Of a stretch of DNA of 64,000 nucleotides, positions 9,104 to 18,611 are shown one piece after another. Positions within the stretch are counted from its first letter, which is position 1. Every line of letters begins with the position of its first letter. The notes under the pieces were generated by a model, which had not been told where the DNA came from, did no database searches, and saw only the letters and a program-made list of their open reading frames with translations. The DNA lies in the NCBI GenBank assembly GCA_964627085.1, contig CAZVIP010000004.1:14751-78750 (forward strand), read 5' to 3'. Source of the DNA: an uncultured Candidatus Saccharibacteria bacterium. GTDB taxonomy: Bacteria; Patescibacteriota; Minisyncoccia; Phycocordibacterales; CAIZLB01. The position numbers and the translations under genes were made by a program.

Positions 9104-10474
9104 TTAGAGATTAGAAAGAATATCAATATTATCCTGAATAGTTTTCACTCGCGCCATTACTTGGTCACCGTAAAAAGTATTCGAACCAGAACATGACTTA
9201 CCAGAATAGTATCGGCAAGCTGCATTTCTCTCTGATGTATATGACTGACTCGCGGCACCAAGATCGGCAAGATACAAACCAGACGCCATAAATGCATCCT
9301 CAGGATTCCAAGGGTCAGAGGCCGCGCGACCAACGCTTGCAGCAACTTTGTCTTTGAAGATATTCCATGTTGAAGGGATAAACTGAGCTGGACCCATCGC
9401 ACCTCCATAACCAACAGTGAAAGGGCAAGAGACCACTGTCTTTGTCCATTCACGACCAAGAGCAGCTGTGATAGCCTTGAATGGCGCAACATCTCTTGTA
9501 GGTTTCATAACATTGCTAACCGATGCACCGCTTGATTTTTTGACACCAGCACCAGTTTGCTCATCTGTCACATAACACTGCCCTACATTTGAACCAAGGT
9601 TACTTTCTTGCTGAATAATAGCAAGTACATATGCGGCTCGCACACCAGTTTTGGCAGCCGCTTTTTTGGCATATATTACTGCATCACCGAATTTAATTGA
9701 TTCTGCATCGCGCAATTTAAAAAGTGCATTGCGAATTTCCTGGGCTCGCTTTTGACTATTTTGGATGACAGTTTGATAGTTGAGCTGTTCATTTTTATTA
9801 AGGGCAAGTAGTCGCTTTTTTTCATCTTCTGCTTTTTTGATTTTTGCCTGTTCAGACTCAACATTTACCTTTGTGTCTATTTCCTGGTTTCGCTTTTCAT
9901 CTAATTCTTTTTTGGCAATTTCATTCTGAGATTTAGCACTTCTAATGCTATCGAGTTGTGTCTTGAGTGATTCCTTGAGTGATGTATAGGCGTTCAGATC
10001 GACGAAAAATTCTGAAACATCTTTATTTGTCAAAAGAGCATCCACCAAATTAAAATCATCCATTTCTCGGCTTCTCTGCAAAATACTTGAAATTGATTCT
10101 TTGCCATCATTGATTCTTTCTCCCAGTGTTCGGATGGTATTTGACTTAACTGTAATATCTTTTCCAAGGCGATTAATGGAAATTTCATGTGCCTTAATCT
10201 TGAGCTGAGCCTGCTTAATCTGAGCATTCAAAATAGCCACATCACCCTGCAAAGTTTTACCTTCACTTTTCTTACTATCAAGAATCTTTTGTTGTTCCTT
10301 GATTTGGCTTTCAATTGAACTGAGCTCAGAACGAAGCTGAGCCTCTTGTTCCGGGGTGAGATTATTCGATTGTGCATTTGTTACTAGAGGCAACAATGCG
10401 CTGAAAAGGAAAACAAGGACGAGACCAAGGGTCCATTTCCATATATGCTTACTATGTGTTTTTACAAAATTCAT
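9104..10474 (-). CDS. Secreted coiled-coil protein with a C-terminal family-1 lytic transglycosylase (SLT/lysozyme-like) domain
   Basis: Signal/transmembrane segment, a ~250-aa Gln/Lys/Glu-rich coiled coil, and C-terminal SLT motifs: the QESN catalytic Glu-Ser, GPAQFIPSTW (similar to GLMQIMPxT), and YYSG (similar to AYNAG). Confidence 0.6.
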   Translation of the reverse strand: MNFVKTHSKHIWKWTLGLVLVFLFSALLPLVTNAQSNNLTPEQEAQLRSELSSIESQIKEQQKILDSKKSEGKTLQGDVAILNAQIKQAQLKIKAHEISINRLGKDITVKSNTIRTLGERINDGKESISSILQRSREMDDFNLVDALLTNKDVSEFFVDLNAYTSLKESLKTQLDSIRSAKSQNEIAKKELDEKRNQEIDTKVNVESEQAKIKKAEDEKKRLLALNKNEQLNYQTVIQNSQKRAQEIRNALFKLRDAESIKFGDAVIYAKKAAAKTGVRAAYVLAIIQQESNLGSNVGQCYVTDEQTGAGVKKSSGASVSNVMKPTRDVAPFKAITAALGREWTKTVVSCPFTVGYGGAMGPAQFIPSTWNIFKDKVAASVGRAASDPWNPEDAFMASGLYLADLGAASQSYTSERNAACRYYSGKSCSGSNTFYGDQVMARVKTIQDNIDILSNL

Positions 10475-10491
10475 CAGAGTTTAAGTATAAC

Positions 10492-10531
10492 AAAATAACA
10501 CCGAGGTTAAAACCCTGCGGTGTTATTTTGT
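10492..10531 (-). terminator. Candidate terminator after rplY
   Basis: A 10-bp stem (aataacaccg/cggtgttatt) around the loop aggttaaaaccctg. Confidence 0.4.
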
Positions 10532-10578
10532 CGTATAGCTTATCGGATGATAATACTAAACTAGATTTGAGAATATGA

Positions 10579-11202
10579 TTATTCAGCAGATTCTTCTTCT
10601 TTCTTTCCTTTCTTTTCTGAAAGTTCGATTGATGAGATATCAACAGGTGCTGAATCTTCTTCTGATTCTTCTTTTTGTGTTGCAAGAGTAACGATAATTT
10701 CGTCAGCGTCTGAAACAAGAGTAACTCCAGCAGGAAGTTTGATATCACCGGCAGTGATCTGACTGTCCATATCAACAAGTGATGACAAGTCAACTTCGAG
10801 TTCATGTGGAAGATCCTTTGGAAGTGCTTCAACTGAGATTTCATGTGCAATCTTCATAAGTACAGCTGCGTACTGCTTAACAGCAGGTGCTGTTCCTGTA
10901 AATTCAAGAGGTACATTAATTTCAACTTTCTTGTCCTTGTCTACTGCATAGAAATCAACATGAATAACAGCATCTGAGACTGGATCACGAGAAATATCGT
11001 GAATCAAAACGTCTCTAGAACCATCTGCGGATTCAAGTGTGATGACACTTGATTCACCAGCTGATTTCCATACCTTCTGGAATTCAGATTCTGATACTGA
11101 TATAGACAAAGAATCCATTTTAGGGCCATATACAACAGCAGGAATTACTCCAGCTGTTCGCTTAGCGCCACTCTTTCGAGCTTCTGATTTGAGTTTCAAC
11201 AT
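10579..11202 (-). CDS. rplY: 50S ribosomal protein L25 / general stress protein Ctc
   Basis: L25/Ctc N-terminal beta-barrel pattern, with an acidic C-terminal extension. Confidence 0.75.
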   Translation of the reverse strand: MLKLKSEARKSGAKRTAGVIPAVVYGPKMDSLSISVSESEFQKVWKSAGESSVITLESADGSRDVLIHDISRDPVSDAVIHVDFYAVDKDKKVEINVPLEFTGTAPAVKQYAAVLMKIAHEISVEALPKDLPHELEVDLSSLVDMDSQITAGDIKLPAGVTLVSDADEIIVTLATQKEESEEDSAPVDISSIELSEKKGKKEEESAE

Positions 11203-11290
11203 AATGGCTGATTATATATGTTTTTTAATAAAATGCAAGAAAATGTCCTTGGATAGCATACTTGAAGCAATACAAATCCTGACTTAGGAA

Positions 11291-12133
11291 TTAATACCCA
11301 TAGCCTGAACTAGCTGGCTCATTACCAAAGTCACGTCCATTTGAGACACCTTTAATAATTGATGCAGGGCCGTTAATCGTACCAATACAAGTTGGATTTG
11401 ACGGACCTACCGACCCTACGGCGTTTACATCAAATACTGGGAAGTTCATATTTTTGCAAGCAGAATCGAGAACTGTACTATTCAAATTACCAACAACAAT
11501 TCCGTACTGAACACGGTTACCTGATGAATGGTAGCGTGTACGCAATGTAGTCGCGATTACAAGCGAATTACCGTCATACCACGCTCGATAACAAGTAGCA
11601 GCACTTGTTACATCGCATTGTGGATCCTCTGGCAAAACTGTACCTGTCCTGAAAAAAGCTTTTGCTTGACCAGGTGCAAGACTCTTGTAGTTTGTATTAA
11701 GTGCTGTCGGCAAAGTCTCTGCTCCTGCAGCGTAAACTGATTCAGGTAAAATTCCGATATATTTGATCACTCTTTCACCAAGATTATCTTGCTCTACTGA
11801 AGAACTGTCGAAACCAGTTTCATTGCTAGCATAAAAATGAACGTCAAAATTATCGGCCACTGGAATCGGTTTCTTTTCAAGCAGGGCAAGCTGGGCATCA
11901 ATTTCAAGTTTGTTCATATCCCCTATTCGTTTGGCGTCGAGCGCTTTTTCTCTACCTTTAATTACTGAAAACATGACAACAGAACTGAGCAAACTAATGA
12001 TTGCAATCACAACCAAAAGCTCGATCAATGTAAATCCAGCCTGTTCCGGATGTGAATTTCTCTTCAAATTACCGGACTCCAAGTTTTTATTTTTATTGAT
12101 AGTAAATTTCATATTATTTATACTAGATGACAA
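11291..12133 (-). CDS. Type IV pilin-like protein, large (~270 aa mature)
   Basis: Class III signal peptide: G|FTLIELLVVIAIISLL with Glu at position +5. The likely start is the Met at 12112. Confidence 0.75.
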   Translation of the reverse strand: MSSSINNMKFTINKNKNLESGNLKRNSHPEQAGFTLIELLVVIAIISLLSSVVMFSVIKGREKALDAKRIGDMNKLEIDAQLALLEKKPIPVADNFDVHFYASNETGFDSSSVEQDNLGERVIKYIGILPESVYAAGAETLPTALNTNYKSLAPGQAKAFFRTGTVLPEDPQCDVTSAATCYRAWYDGNSLVIATTLRTRYHSSGNRVQYGIVVGNLNSTVLDSACKNMNFPVFDVNAVGSVGPSNPTCIGTINGPASIIKGVSNGRDFGNEPASSGYGY

Positions 12134-12377
12134 TAGGTTCAGTCTTAAATGCGAAGATAAAGAACCCTACCGCAATAACGATGGCAATAATAACAAGGAC
12201 CAACAATATCTTTTGTGCCTGACCATCATTTTTTGCAAGTCGAGTCTTAATAAGCGCTGAAATAATCCACGGACGCTGATTACTTGGCTGGAACCGGCTA
12301 TACAAAACCGAAGCATGTGGCGTCACAATTTGATTTGCACCCTGGCTTATATTTATTTCGTTTTCATTTATATTCAT
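12123..12377 (-). CDS. Small hypothetical membrane protein with a C-terminal transmembrane helix
   Basis: An ORF with a hydrophobic C-terminal helix, immediately upstream of the pilin gene. Confidence 0.35.
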   Translation of the reverse strand: MNINENEINISQGANQIVTPHASVLYSRFQPSNQRPWIISALIKTRLAKNDGQAQKILLVLVIIAIVIAVGFFIFAFKTEPIVI

Positions 12378-12386
12378 ATAAATATA

Positions 12387-13364
12387 TTAATCTAATTTAT
12401 TCATAATTTTTAGCTTTTCTTCCACAACTGCTGAAACTGCTGTTGTTGCAGATTGCATTACTTTGTAAGGTGTTGTCTCGTCTGGATTTTCTGTGAGGAA
12501 TTTTCTTAATTCTTTTGTGAAAGCGACACGTAACTCTGTATTGTAATGCACAATACATACACCTGCCTCGACTGCCTTTTTTAAATCCTCAGCTGAAATA
12601 CCCGAAGCGCCATGTAGTACAACACCAGCAGATGAAATCTTGGTGAGCTCTTCGATTCGCTCAATATTCAATTTTGGATTACCACCTCGGACAAGTCCGT
12701 GCACATTGCCGACAGCAGGGGCAATTAAATCAATACCAGATTCTGCTACAAATTTAGCCAAATCATCTGGTTGTGTAAGTGAAGCCGGATCGAGACCTAC
12801 ACCTTCTGGAATAGAATCCATAACTTTTGATGATTGCCCAATATAACCGAGCTCTCCTTCAATCAAAATATCTCTACCTGAATTCTGAGCGTATTCCACA
12901 CATTGTTTTACGAGTGCGACATTTTCCTGGTATGACAATTTTGCCCCATCAATAATAACAGCATCAAAGCCCGCGTCGACGGCGTCTTTCGCTTTTTCAA
13001 AAGAATATGTGTGATCTGCATTTAAAAATATTGGATGCGAGAGTTCTTTTGCAACAGCGGTTACCATAGACCTTGTCATAGAAACACCGATAGCTTCACG
13101 CTCCCCTTCTGAAACACCAATAATGACTGGTACATTTAATTTCTTTGCAGTACTTGCGATTGCTCGCAAAGTCTCCAAATTTGAAATATTAAAGTGCCCA
13201 ACCGCGACCTTGTTTTTCTTTGCCCATTCGATACATGTACGGAGATTCTTGATTTCTGAAAGATTATTGATTGAGTTCATGTCTAGAATTATATCATGAG
13301 AAAAAGAGATTGCCTCGGCACCAAGTTGTGGCGCCGAGGCAATTTGAAGTTTTGCTTGATACAT
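12387..13364 (-). CDS. fba: Fructose-bisphosphate aldolase, class II
   Basis: Class II aldolase motifs: VAVGHFN, NADHTYSF, EGELGYIG, and a metal-binding His pattern. Confidence 0.85.
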   Translation of the reverse strand: MYQAKLQIASAPQLGAEAISFSHDIILDMNSINNLSEIKNLRTCIEWAKKNKVAVGHFNISNLETLRAIASTAKKLNVPVIIGVSEGEREAIGVSMTRSMVTAVAKELSHPIFLNADHTYSFEKAKDAVDAGFDAVIIDGAKLSYQENVALVKQCVEYAQNSGRDILIEGELGYIGQSSKVMDSIPEGVGLDPASLTQPDDLAKFVAESGIDLIAPAVGNVHGLVRGGNPKLNIERIEELTKISSAGVVLHGASGISAEDLKKAVEAGVCIVHYNTELRVAFTKELRKFLTENPDETTPYKVMQSATTAVSAVVEEKLKIMNKLD

Positions 13365-13434
13365 AACCCTTTTGTTAAGGTCAGAGGTTTTAGTGGTGTA
13401 ACTTTGGGGTGTGGCAGTATCCTGTTTTGGAAAC

Positions 13435-13746
13435 TTAGTCTCTGGGTGTGACCGACTTCACTGTGACAACTTGTCTTAGCGACTCTGTGCCAAGTGCCCC
13501 GTTTGGCAGGGCACCAACTGAACCATCATATGCATCTTGGTCGAATTGTGGCAGCATTGCCACCATTACTGCTTTGCCAGGACTCACGAAGTCTGAATGT
13601 AACAGTGTGATCCTTTTGCCTTGTTTGGCAAGAGCCATTTCAAGTTGATGCAACAACCTGATGACAGCAAACCTGTTGAGTAGAGGCATCCCATTTCCAG
13701 GATGAAGCTCGACACAGAAGACCAGGTAGTAAAATGTCTTTTCCAT
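13435..13746 (-). CDS. Small hypothetical protein in a GC-rich island
   Basis: ORF with clearly higher GC content than the neighbouring genes. No recognisable motif. Confidence 0.3.
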   Translation of the reverse strand: MEKTFYYLVFCVELHPGNGMPLLNRFAVIRLLHQLEMALAKQGKRITLLHSDFVSPGKAVMVAMLPQFDQDAYDGSVGALPNGALGTESLRQVVTVKSVTPRD

Positions 13747-13910
13747 CTTTATTTAAGTTGATTGTGAAAAAAAATACGAAGGATCAGTGTGACCGCATCG
13801 ACAAGGAACCGGTGCTGTTTTCAGCAAAGAAATAGTGCCATACGTAGATTAGAATGTAAATAGCTCTTTCCGCTTGTCATTTCGCACAGACTTAGCACCG
13901 CTTTTCAATA

Positions 13911-13919
13911 TGTTATAAT
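13911..13919 (+). promoter_or_regulatory. Extended -10 element (TGtTATAAT) 7 nt upstream of the kinase start codon; candidate leaderless promoter
   Basis: The sequence tgttataat tttga ATG. Confidence 0.35.
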
Positions 13920-13925
13920 TTTTGA

Positions 13926-15038
13926 ATGAATACAGAACCACATACACAGCAAGAAAATAGCTCGGCTCAAGAATTAGATTTTATTGCAATCGGTGATATG
14001 GTCATCGATGCTTTTATCAGATTAAACGAAGACACTCGCGCACATATAGAAAAGAAACCAGATGGCACAAAAGAAATCTCAATGCCTTTTGGAGAAAAAG
14101 TTCCATTTGAATATGCTGAGGAAGTTGTGGCTGTTGGTAATAGCGCAAATGCCGCAGTCTCATCAGCAAGACTTGGTCTTCGAACAGGTCTCATCGTAAA
14201 TATCGGTGATGATGAAAATGGTAAAAAGTGTATTGCTCAACTAGAGCGCGAGCATATTGATACTTCATTTGTGAAAATCAATGCGGGTAAAAAAACTAAT
14301 TATCACTATGTACTTTGGTACAAAGACGAACGAACAATCCTCATCAAACATGAATTGTTTGACTACGCTTTACCTGAAATAAAAAATCCTCGTGCCATCT
14401 ACCTAAGCTCAATCTCTGAGAATGCACTCCCTTTTCACACTACACTCGCCGACTATATTGAGGCACATCCTGAAATCGAATTCATATTTCAGCCAGGTAC
14501 ATACCAGATTAAATGGGGCACCGAAGCGCTCAGCAGAATTTACAAACGAACAAATATTTTCTTCTGTAACTATGAAGAAGCAGAAAAAATACTCAAACTT
14601 GAGCCAAGAGAGAAAACAAAAGAAATCATCAAAGAACTTTTGGATGGTTTGCGCGCACTAGGTCCCGCACTACCTGTTGTCACCGATGGACCAAATGGTG
14701 CCTATACATATAACTGTATGGACAAAGTGAATACTGATTCTAGCGCTGAAAATTTTGGATCAAAGCGAGACATTAACTACAATGAAATAGTATTCATGCC
14801 AGTCTATCCAGATATCGCCCCACCACTTGAGCGAACTGGCGCAGGTGATGCATTCGCATCAACATTTTCTGTTGCATATTTGCAAGGAAAGACAGTCACC
14901 GAATCACTCAAATGGGCATCAATAAATTCAATGAATGTATGCCAAGGTGTTGGTGCACAAGCAGGACTCCTTCCTGCAGAAAAAATTCAAGAATACCTCA
15001 CTAGTGCCCCTACAGATTTTGAAGCAAAAATAATTTAA
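13926..15038 (+). CDS. PfkB-family carbohydrate kinase (ribokinase-like)
   Basis: N-terminal IAIGDMVID and the C-terminal GAGDAF anion-hole motif. Confidence 0.75.
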   Translation: MNTEPHTQQENSSAQELDFIAIGDMVIDAFIRLNEDTRAHIEKKPDGTKEISMPFGEKVPFEYAEEVVAVGNSANAAVSSARLGLRTGLIVNIGDDENGKKCIAQLEREHIDTSFVKINAGKKTNYHYVLWYKDERTILIKHELFDYALPEIKNPRAIYLSSISENALPFHTTLADYIEAHPEIEFIFQPGTYQIKWGTEALSRIYKRTNIFFCNYEEAEKILKLEPREKTKEIIKELLDGLRALGPALPVVTDGPNGAYTYNCMDKVNTDSSAENFGSKRDINYNEIVFMPVYPDIAPPLERTGAGDAFASTFSVAYLQGKTVTESLKWASINSMNVCQGVGAQAGLLPAEKIQEYLTSAPTDFEAKII

Positions 15039-15054
15039 TTATGAAAAAAATTTA

Positions 15055-15095
15055 CCCCCACCTGCCTCGCGGCAGATGGGGGTTTAATTGTGTCT
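15055..15095 (+). terminator. Rho-independent terminator after the PfkB kinase gene
   Basis: GC-rich hairpin (ccccca-c-ctgcc tcgc ggcag-a-tggggg) followed by tttaattgtgtcttcgttttgttt. Confidence 0.65.
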
Positions 15096-15149
15096 TCGTT
15101 TTGTTTGGTAGTTAGTGCGACACTTGATGCTGCGCGTCACGATGGAAGA

Positions 15150-15671
15150 CTAAACCTTGGAGGACAAAAACGCCATCGGGTCAAGAATCCACTGTCTGGC
15201 CGTTACAGCAGTTTGCCGGAGGTGTTGGCGAAATGACACATCAAGGCGTTCCTTTATACTTTCAGACAGTGTATGGTCAGTGCGAAAATCTGCATCGCCG
15301 CCTTCGCGCATAACACCCAGGATAAAACCTGCCTCAAAAGACCAGCTATTACGTCGTCCTGGAAAGGAACTATAATACGAGGTATTTAGAACTGGCCAAA
15401 TACCAGAACCTCTTGCACTTTCTTCTTTACTGTAAATTGCAATATCACAGTAATGCTCCACAAGCGCACGGGCAATATCAGCCCAAGCTCGCAAAAGCAC
15501 CAGTGAGTAAGATTTATCATCCGACACAACTCCAAATTTAAAAAACCACTCACCATTGCAAAGACTCACACATGTGCATCTGAATAGTTCGGTGACTTTT
15601 TCTGGTAGGGCCAGACGAGCGTTTATGTGTTCCACACACCTTTTGAGGTGTTCTGGGTCTAAATAATACAT
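15150..15671 (-). CDS. Hypothetical protein in a GC-rich island; paralog of 8304..8972
   Basis: Conserved blocks HLKRCVEHIN, CNGEWFFKFG, LLRAW and GIWPVL align with the 8304..8972 protein. Confidence 0.5.
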   Translation of the reverse strand: MYYLDPEHLKRCVEHINARLALPEKVTELFRCTCVSLCNGEWFFKFGVVSDDKSYSLVLLRAWADIARALVEHYCDIAIYSKEESARGSGIWPVLNTSYYSSFPGRRNSWSFEAGFILGVMREGGDADFRTDHTLSESIKERLDVSFRQHLRQTAVTARQWILDPMAFLSSKV

Positions 15672-16056
15672 ATCGATAACCGCCTTTCTATGCGGTGTGA
15701 GGCTTGAGGCCTCGGGTTTTGGGATTCCTCCCGTTGTTATTTTGTGAGAACGTATTTTACAAGTGTTTGCAAAATATCCATGTAAAAAAGTACCACGTAG
15801 ATTGATTTACGTCAACAAACGCGACAACATGCAATATGCAACATACACCCGACTAAACCCTAGATATTTATATCTATTTACATAAGTCATTTATTATTGT
15901 ACTATAAAAATTGGAAGTTCATCCTCGTCCATGACGGACTAGATGACCCAAAAACCTTAAACCTACAGACATGAAAGCAAACCCCGCTGCTCGCGCAGCA
16001 AAAAATCCAGCGCACCTGCCGCTGTCCGTCCAACCAGAAAATCTGGTCATCAAGTT

Positions 16057-16407
16057 ATGTCCCGGCTCTCCTTTACAAAAAGAGGACACCTGCGGAAAAA
16101 CCACAAAAAACACTGGGCGGTTCAAATCATCAGAAGGGTCCCAAATCAAGGGCTCAGTGTGGTGATCTTCGAATCAGCCCTGCAATTCAACTATCGTGAG
16201 AACGCAGTGCAGTGCATCTTGAGCGTGTTCGCCGGCTTCTCCAAAAGAAACTATCCGAAATGGTTGAAGCAGCAAAAAGGACACCTATACCCTTTTATGC
16301 CAGATCGACTGGAAAAAATCCGCACCAAACTAGAGGGTGGCGCTGACTACTGCACCCTTGATCAGTTCTACCCTGGGCCGGCTGGAAAAATGCCAGCCGT
16401 TGCATAA
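16057..16407 (+). CDS. Hypothetical GC-rich ORF, possibly frameshifted relative to the overlapping 15971..16165 ORF
   Basis: Two overlapping plus-strand ORFs in different frames inside a GC-rich island that has its own terminator. Confidence 0.3.
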   Translation: MSRLSFTKRGHLRKNHKKHWAVQIIRRVPNQGLSVVIFESALQFNYRENAVQCILSVFAGFSKRNYPKWLKQQKGHLYPFMPDRLEKIRTKLEGGADYCTLDQFYPGPAGKMPAVA

Positions 16408-16465
16408 AGCATAAACAGGCACAGAATAGGTTCGGACACAAAAACCCAACCAAACAAAACCATTA

Positions 16466-16493
16466 CCGCTGAATTGCTCGATGCAATTCAGCG
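16466..16493 (+). terminator. Bidirectional hairpin terminator
   Basis: A perfect 12-bp stem (ccgctgaattgc tcga tgcaattcagcgg) followed by ttgttttattt. It is also T-rich on the other strand, downstream of the minus-strand transketolase C-terminal gene. Confidence 0.6.
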
Positions 16494-16517
16494 GTTGTTT
16501 TATTTACTATTTAGCGA

Positions 16518-17570
16518 TTACTTTCCTAGGGCCGTCTTTCTCAAAATCACTTTTTTCGCTGCTTCGACAATATGATTGATATCCATGCCATAGAAATCTA
16601 TGAGCTCCGATTGTGTGCCCGACTGACCAAATCTATCATGAACACCCAAGAATTCTATTGGTGCAGGACGTGACATTTGAGAGGTCATGGTTTCGGCGAT
16701 AATACTTCCAAGACCTCCGGCAATTTGATGCTCTTCGACTGTGACGAGTGCACCGCATTCTTCTGCAAGTGATGTCACTGATTCAATATCGAGGGGTTTG
16801 ATTGTGTGTACATTTAGAACCTTTACTGCAATACCTTCTTTTTCAAGAATGTCAGCAGCGCGGAGTGCATTGTAGACAAGTGAACCTGTGGCGATAATAC
16901 CAACAGCTGTTTTGTTTGCGGATTTTGCCAAGGCATCTGGCGACGGGATGAAATATAGACTCGCTTTTTTATAATCAAAAGGAGTTTCTGGAGTAGAAAT
17001 AATTGGTGTTTTTTCTCGAGCAAGTCTGATATAGCTTGGGGTTTTAATTTCCTCACTGAGTGCGAGCTCTGTTAATTTCTGAGCTTCGATGACATCGCAT
17101 GGTGAAAAGACAGTCATATTTGGAATGACACGTGTCAGAGCAATATCCTCAATTGCTTGATGTGTTCCACCGTCAGGGCCAACAGAAATACCTGCATGCG
17201 AGCCCGCGATGACAACCTTCTGATCGTTATAACAAATAGTAGTTCTAATTTGTTCCCAATTTCTTCCAGGACTAAACATGGCATAAGAAGTAATAGCAGG
17301 GATTTTTCCCATTGCTGCCATACCAGATGCGAGCGATGCGAGATTTTGTTCAGCCACTCCTACTTCCACAAAACGATTTGGAAATTTTTGTTTAAAGAGA
17401 TGCATCTGCGTCGATTCTGTAAGATCCGCACATAGACCAACAATTCGTGGATCCCTCTCCCCTGCGACCAAAAGCCCAAGACCAAAACCTTTTCGAATCG
17501 GAGACTGTTCGAGTTCAGCTGTATCTTTTGCAAGTATATGTGGGTTTAATTTATAGTCAGGATTGAGCAT
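16518..17570 (-). CDS. Transketolase, C-terminal subunit (pyrimidine-binding plus C-terminal domains)
   Basis: Pyrimidine-binding and C-terminal domain motifs (GEDGPTHQ-like GPDGGTHQ). It is encoded as a separate gene immediately after the N-terminal half. Confidence 0.8.
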   Translation of the reverse strand: MLNPDYKLNPHILAKDTAELEQSPIRKGFGLGLLVAGERDPRIVGLCADLTESTQMHLFKQKFPNRFVEVGVAEQNLASLASGMAAMGKIPAITSYAMFSPGRNWEQIRTTICYNDQKVVIAGSHAGISVGPDGGTHQAIEDIALTRVIPNMTVFSPCDVIEAQKLTELALSEEIKTPSYIRLAREKTPIISTPETPFDYKKASLYFIPSPDALAKSANKTAVGIIATGSLVYNALRAADILEKEGIAVKVLNVHTIKPLDIESVTSLAEECGALVTVEEHQIAGGLGSIIAETMTSQMSRPAPIEFLGVHDRFGQSGTQSELIDFYGMDINHIVEAAKKVILRKTALGK

Positions 17571-17594
17571 ATGTTTATTTTATTTAAATTTTAT

Positions 17595-18524
17595 TTAGTT
17601 TTTTGCAAGCAAATCAGCGATTGCATGTAATTCTTTGAGTGATTCTTCAACTTGTTTATTCTTTTCTGGAGCTCCGCTCACTTCTGAAATACCAGGAGGT
17701 GTGCCATGCCATTCGAATCTCTTTTCCATAAAACTAATACCTCTACCTGGAATTGTATGTGCGATAATCATCGACGGTTTATTAAACACCGCCTGCGCCT
17801 CGCGAATTGCGCCTGTGATCGCGCGCATATCATGTCCGTCTATTTCAATTACATGCCAACCAAATGATTTCCATTTTTCGTATAGTGGTGCAAGGGGCAT
17901 GATGTCCTCTGTATATCCATCAATCTGAATATTATTTCTATCAATTATCGCGATTAGATTTCCGAGTTTTTCTTTTGAAGCAAAGAGTCCAGCCTCCCAA
18001 ATCTGGCCTTCATTGTGCTCACCATCTGAAAGAAGTGCATATACATATCTTGGTGAAATTGCCCCAAAATCTATTTTGTCTGCCATTGCCATACCAGCAG
18101 CCTGTGAAAGACCAGAACCAAGCGGACCTGAACTTGTTTCAAGTGCAGGTAAAAATTCTCGGTGTGGATGACCTTGTAGTCTAGAACCAAATTTTCGGAG
18201 CGTCTTAAGCTCATCGAGTGGAAAATATCCCGCATGCGCCATTGACGCATAAAGCACTGGACATATGTGACCATTTGAAAGGACGAGTCTGTCGCGTTTT
18301 TGCCAGGTAGGATTTTTTGGATCATGATTCATGATTTCAAAATAAAGCGCAGCAAAAACATCAGCCATACCAAGTGGCCCTGCGGTATGTCCGGACTTTG
18401 CTTCTGCGAGCATTTCAATTATCGAAATGCGAATATCATTTGCTTTTTTTTGGAGACGAAGAACTTGTGCATCAGTAAGTGACATGCAGTTATTATATAC
18501 GAAAACAGATAAGTGTTCATCCAC
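17595..18524 (-). CDS. Transketolase, N-terminal subunit (thiamine-diphosphate-binding)
   Basis: GHTAGPLGMADVFAALYF and LSNGHICPVLYA, the thiamine-diphosphate-binding motifs. Confidence 0.8.
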   Translation of the reverse strand: MDEHLSVFVYNNCMSLTDAQVLRLQKKANDIRISIIEMLAEAKSGHTAGPLGMADVFAALYFEIMNHDPKNPTWQKRDRLVLSNGHICPVLYASMAHAGYFPLDELKTLRKFGSRLQGHPHREFLPALETSSGPLGSGLSQAAGMAMADKIDFGAISPRYVYALLSDGEHNEGQIWEAGLFASKEKLGNLIAIIDRNNIQIDGYTEDIMPLAPLYEKWKSFGWHVIEIDGHDMRAITGAIREAQAVFNKPSMIIAHTIPGRGISFMEKRFEWHGTPPGISEVSGAPEKNKQVEESLKELHAIADLLAKN

Positions 18525-18611
18525 AAAAATCTAAGAACTTATTCAAGATCTCAGAGTGCCTGGAGTTTGAAAATATAGCCCCCTGGTCGGTGAGAAGACA
18601 CCGAACAGATT

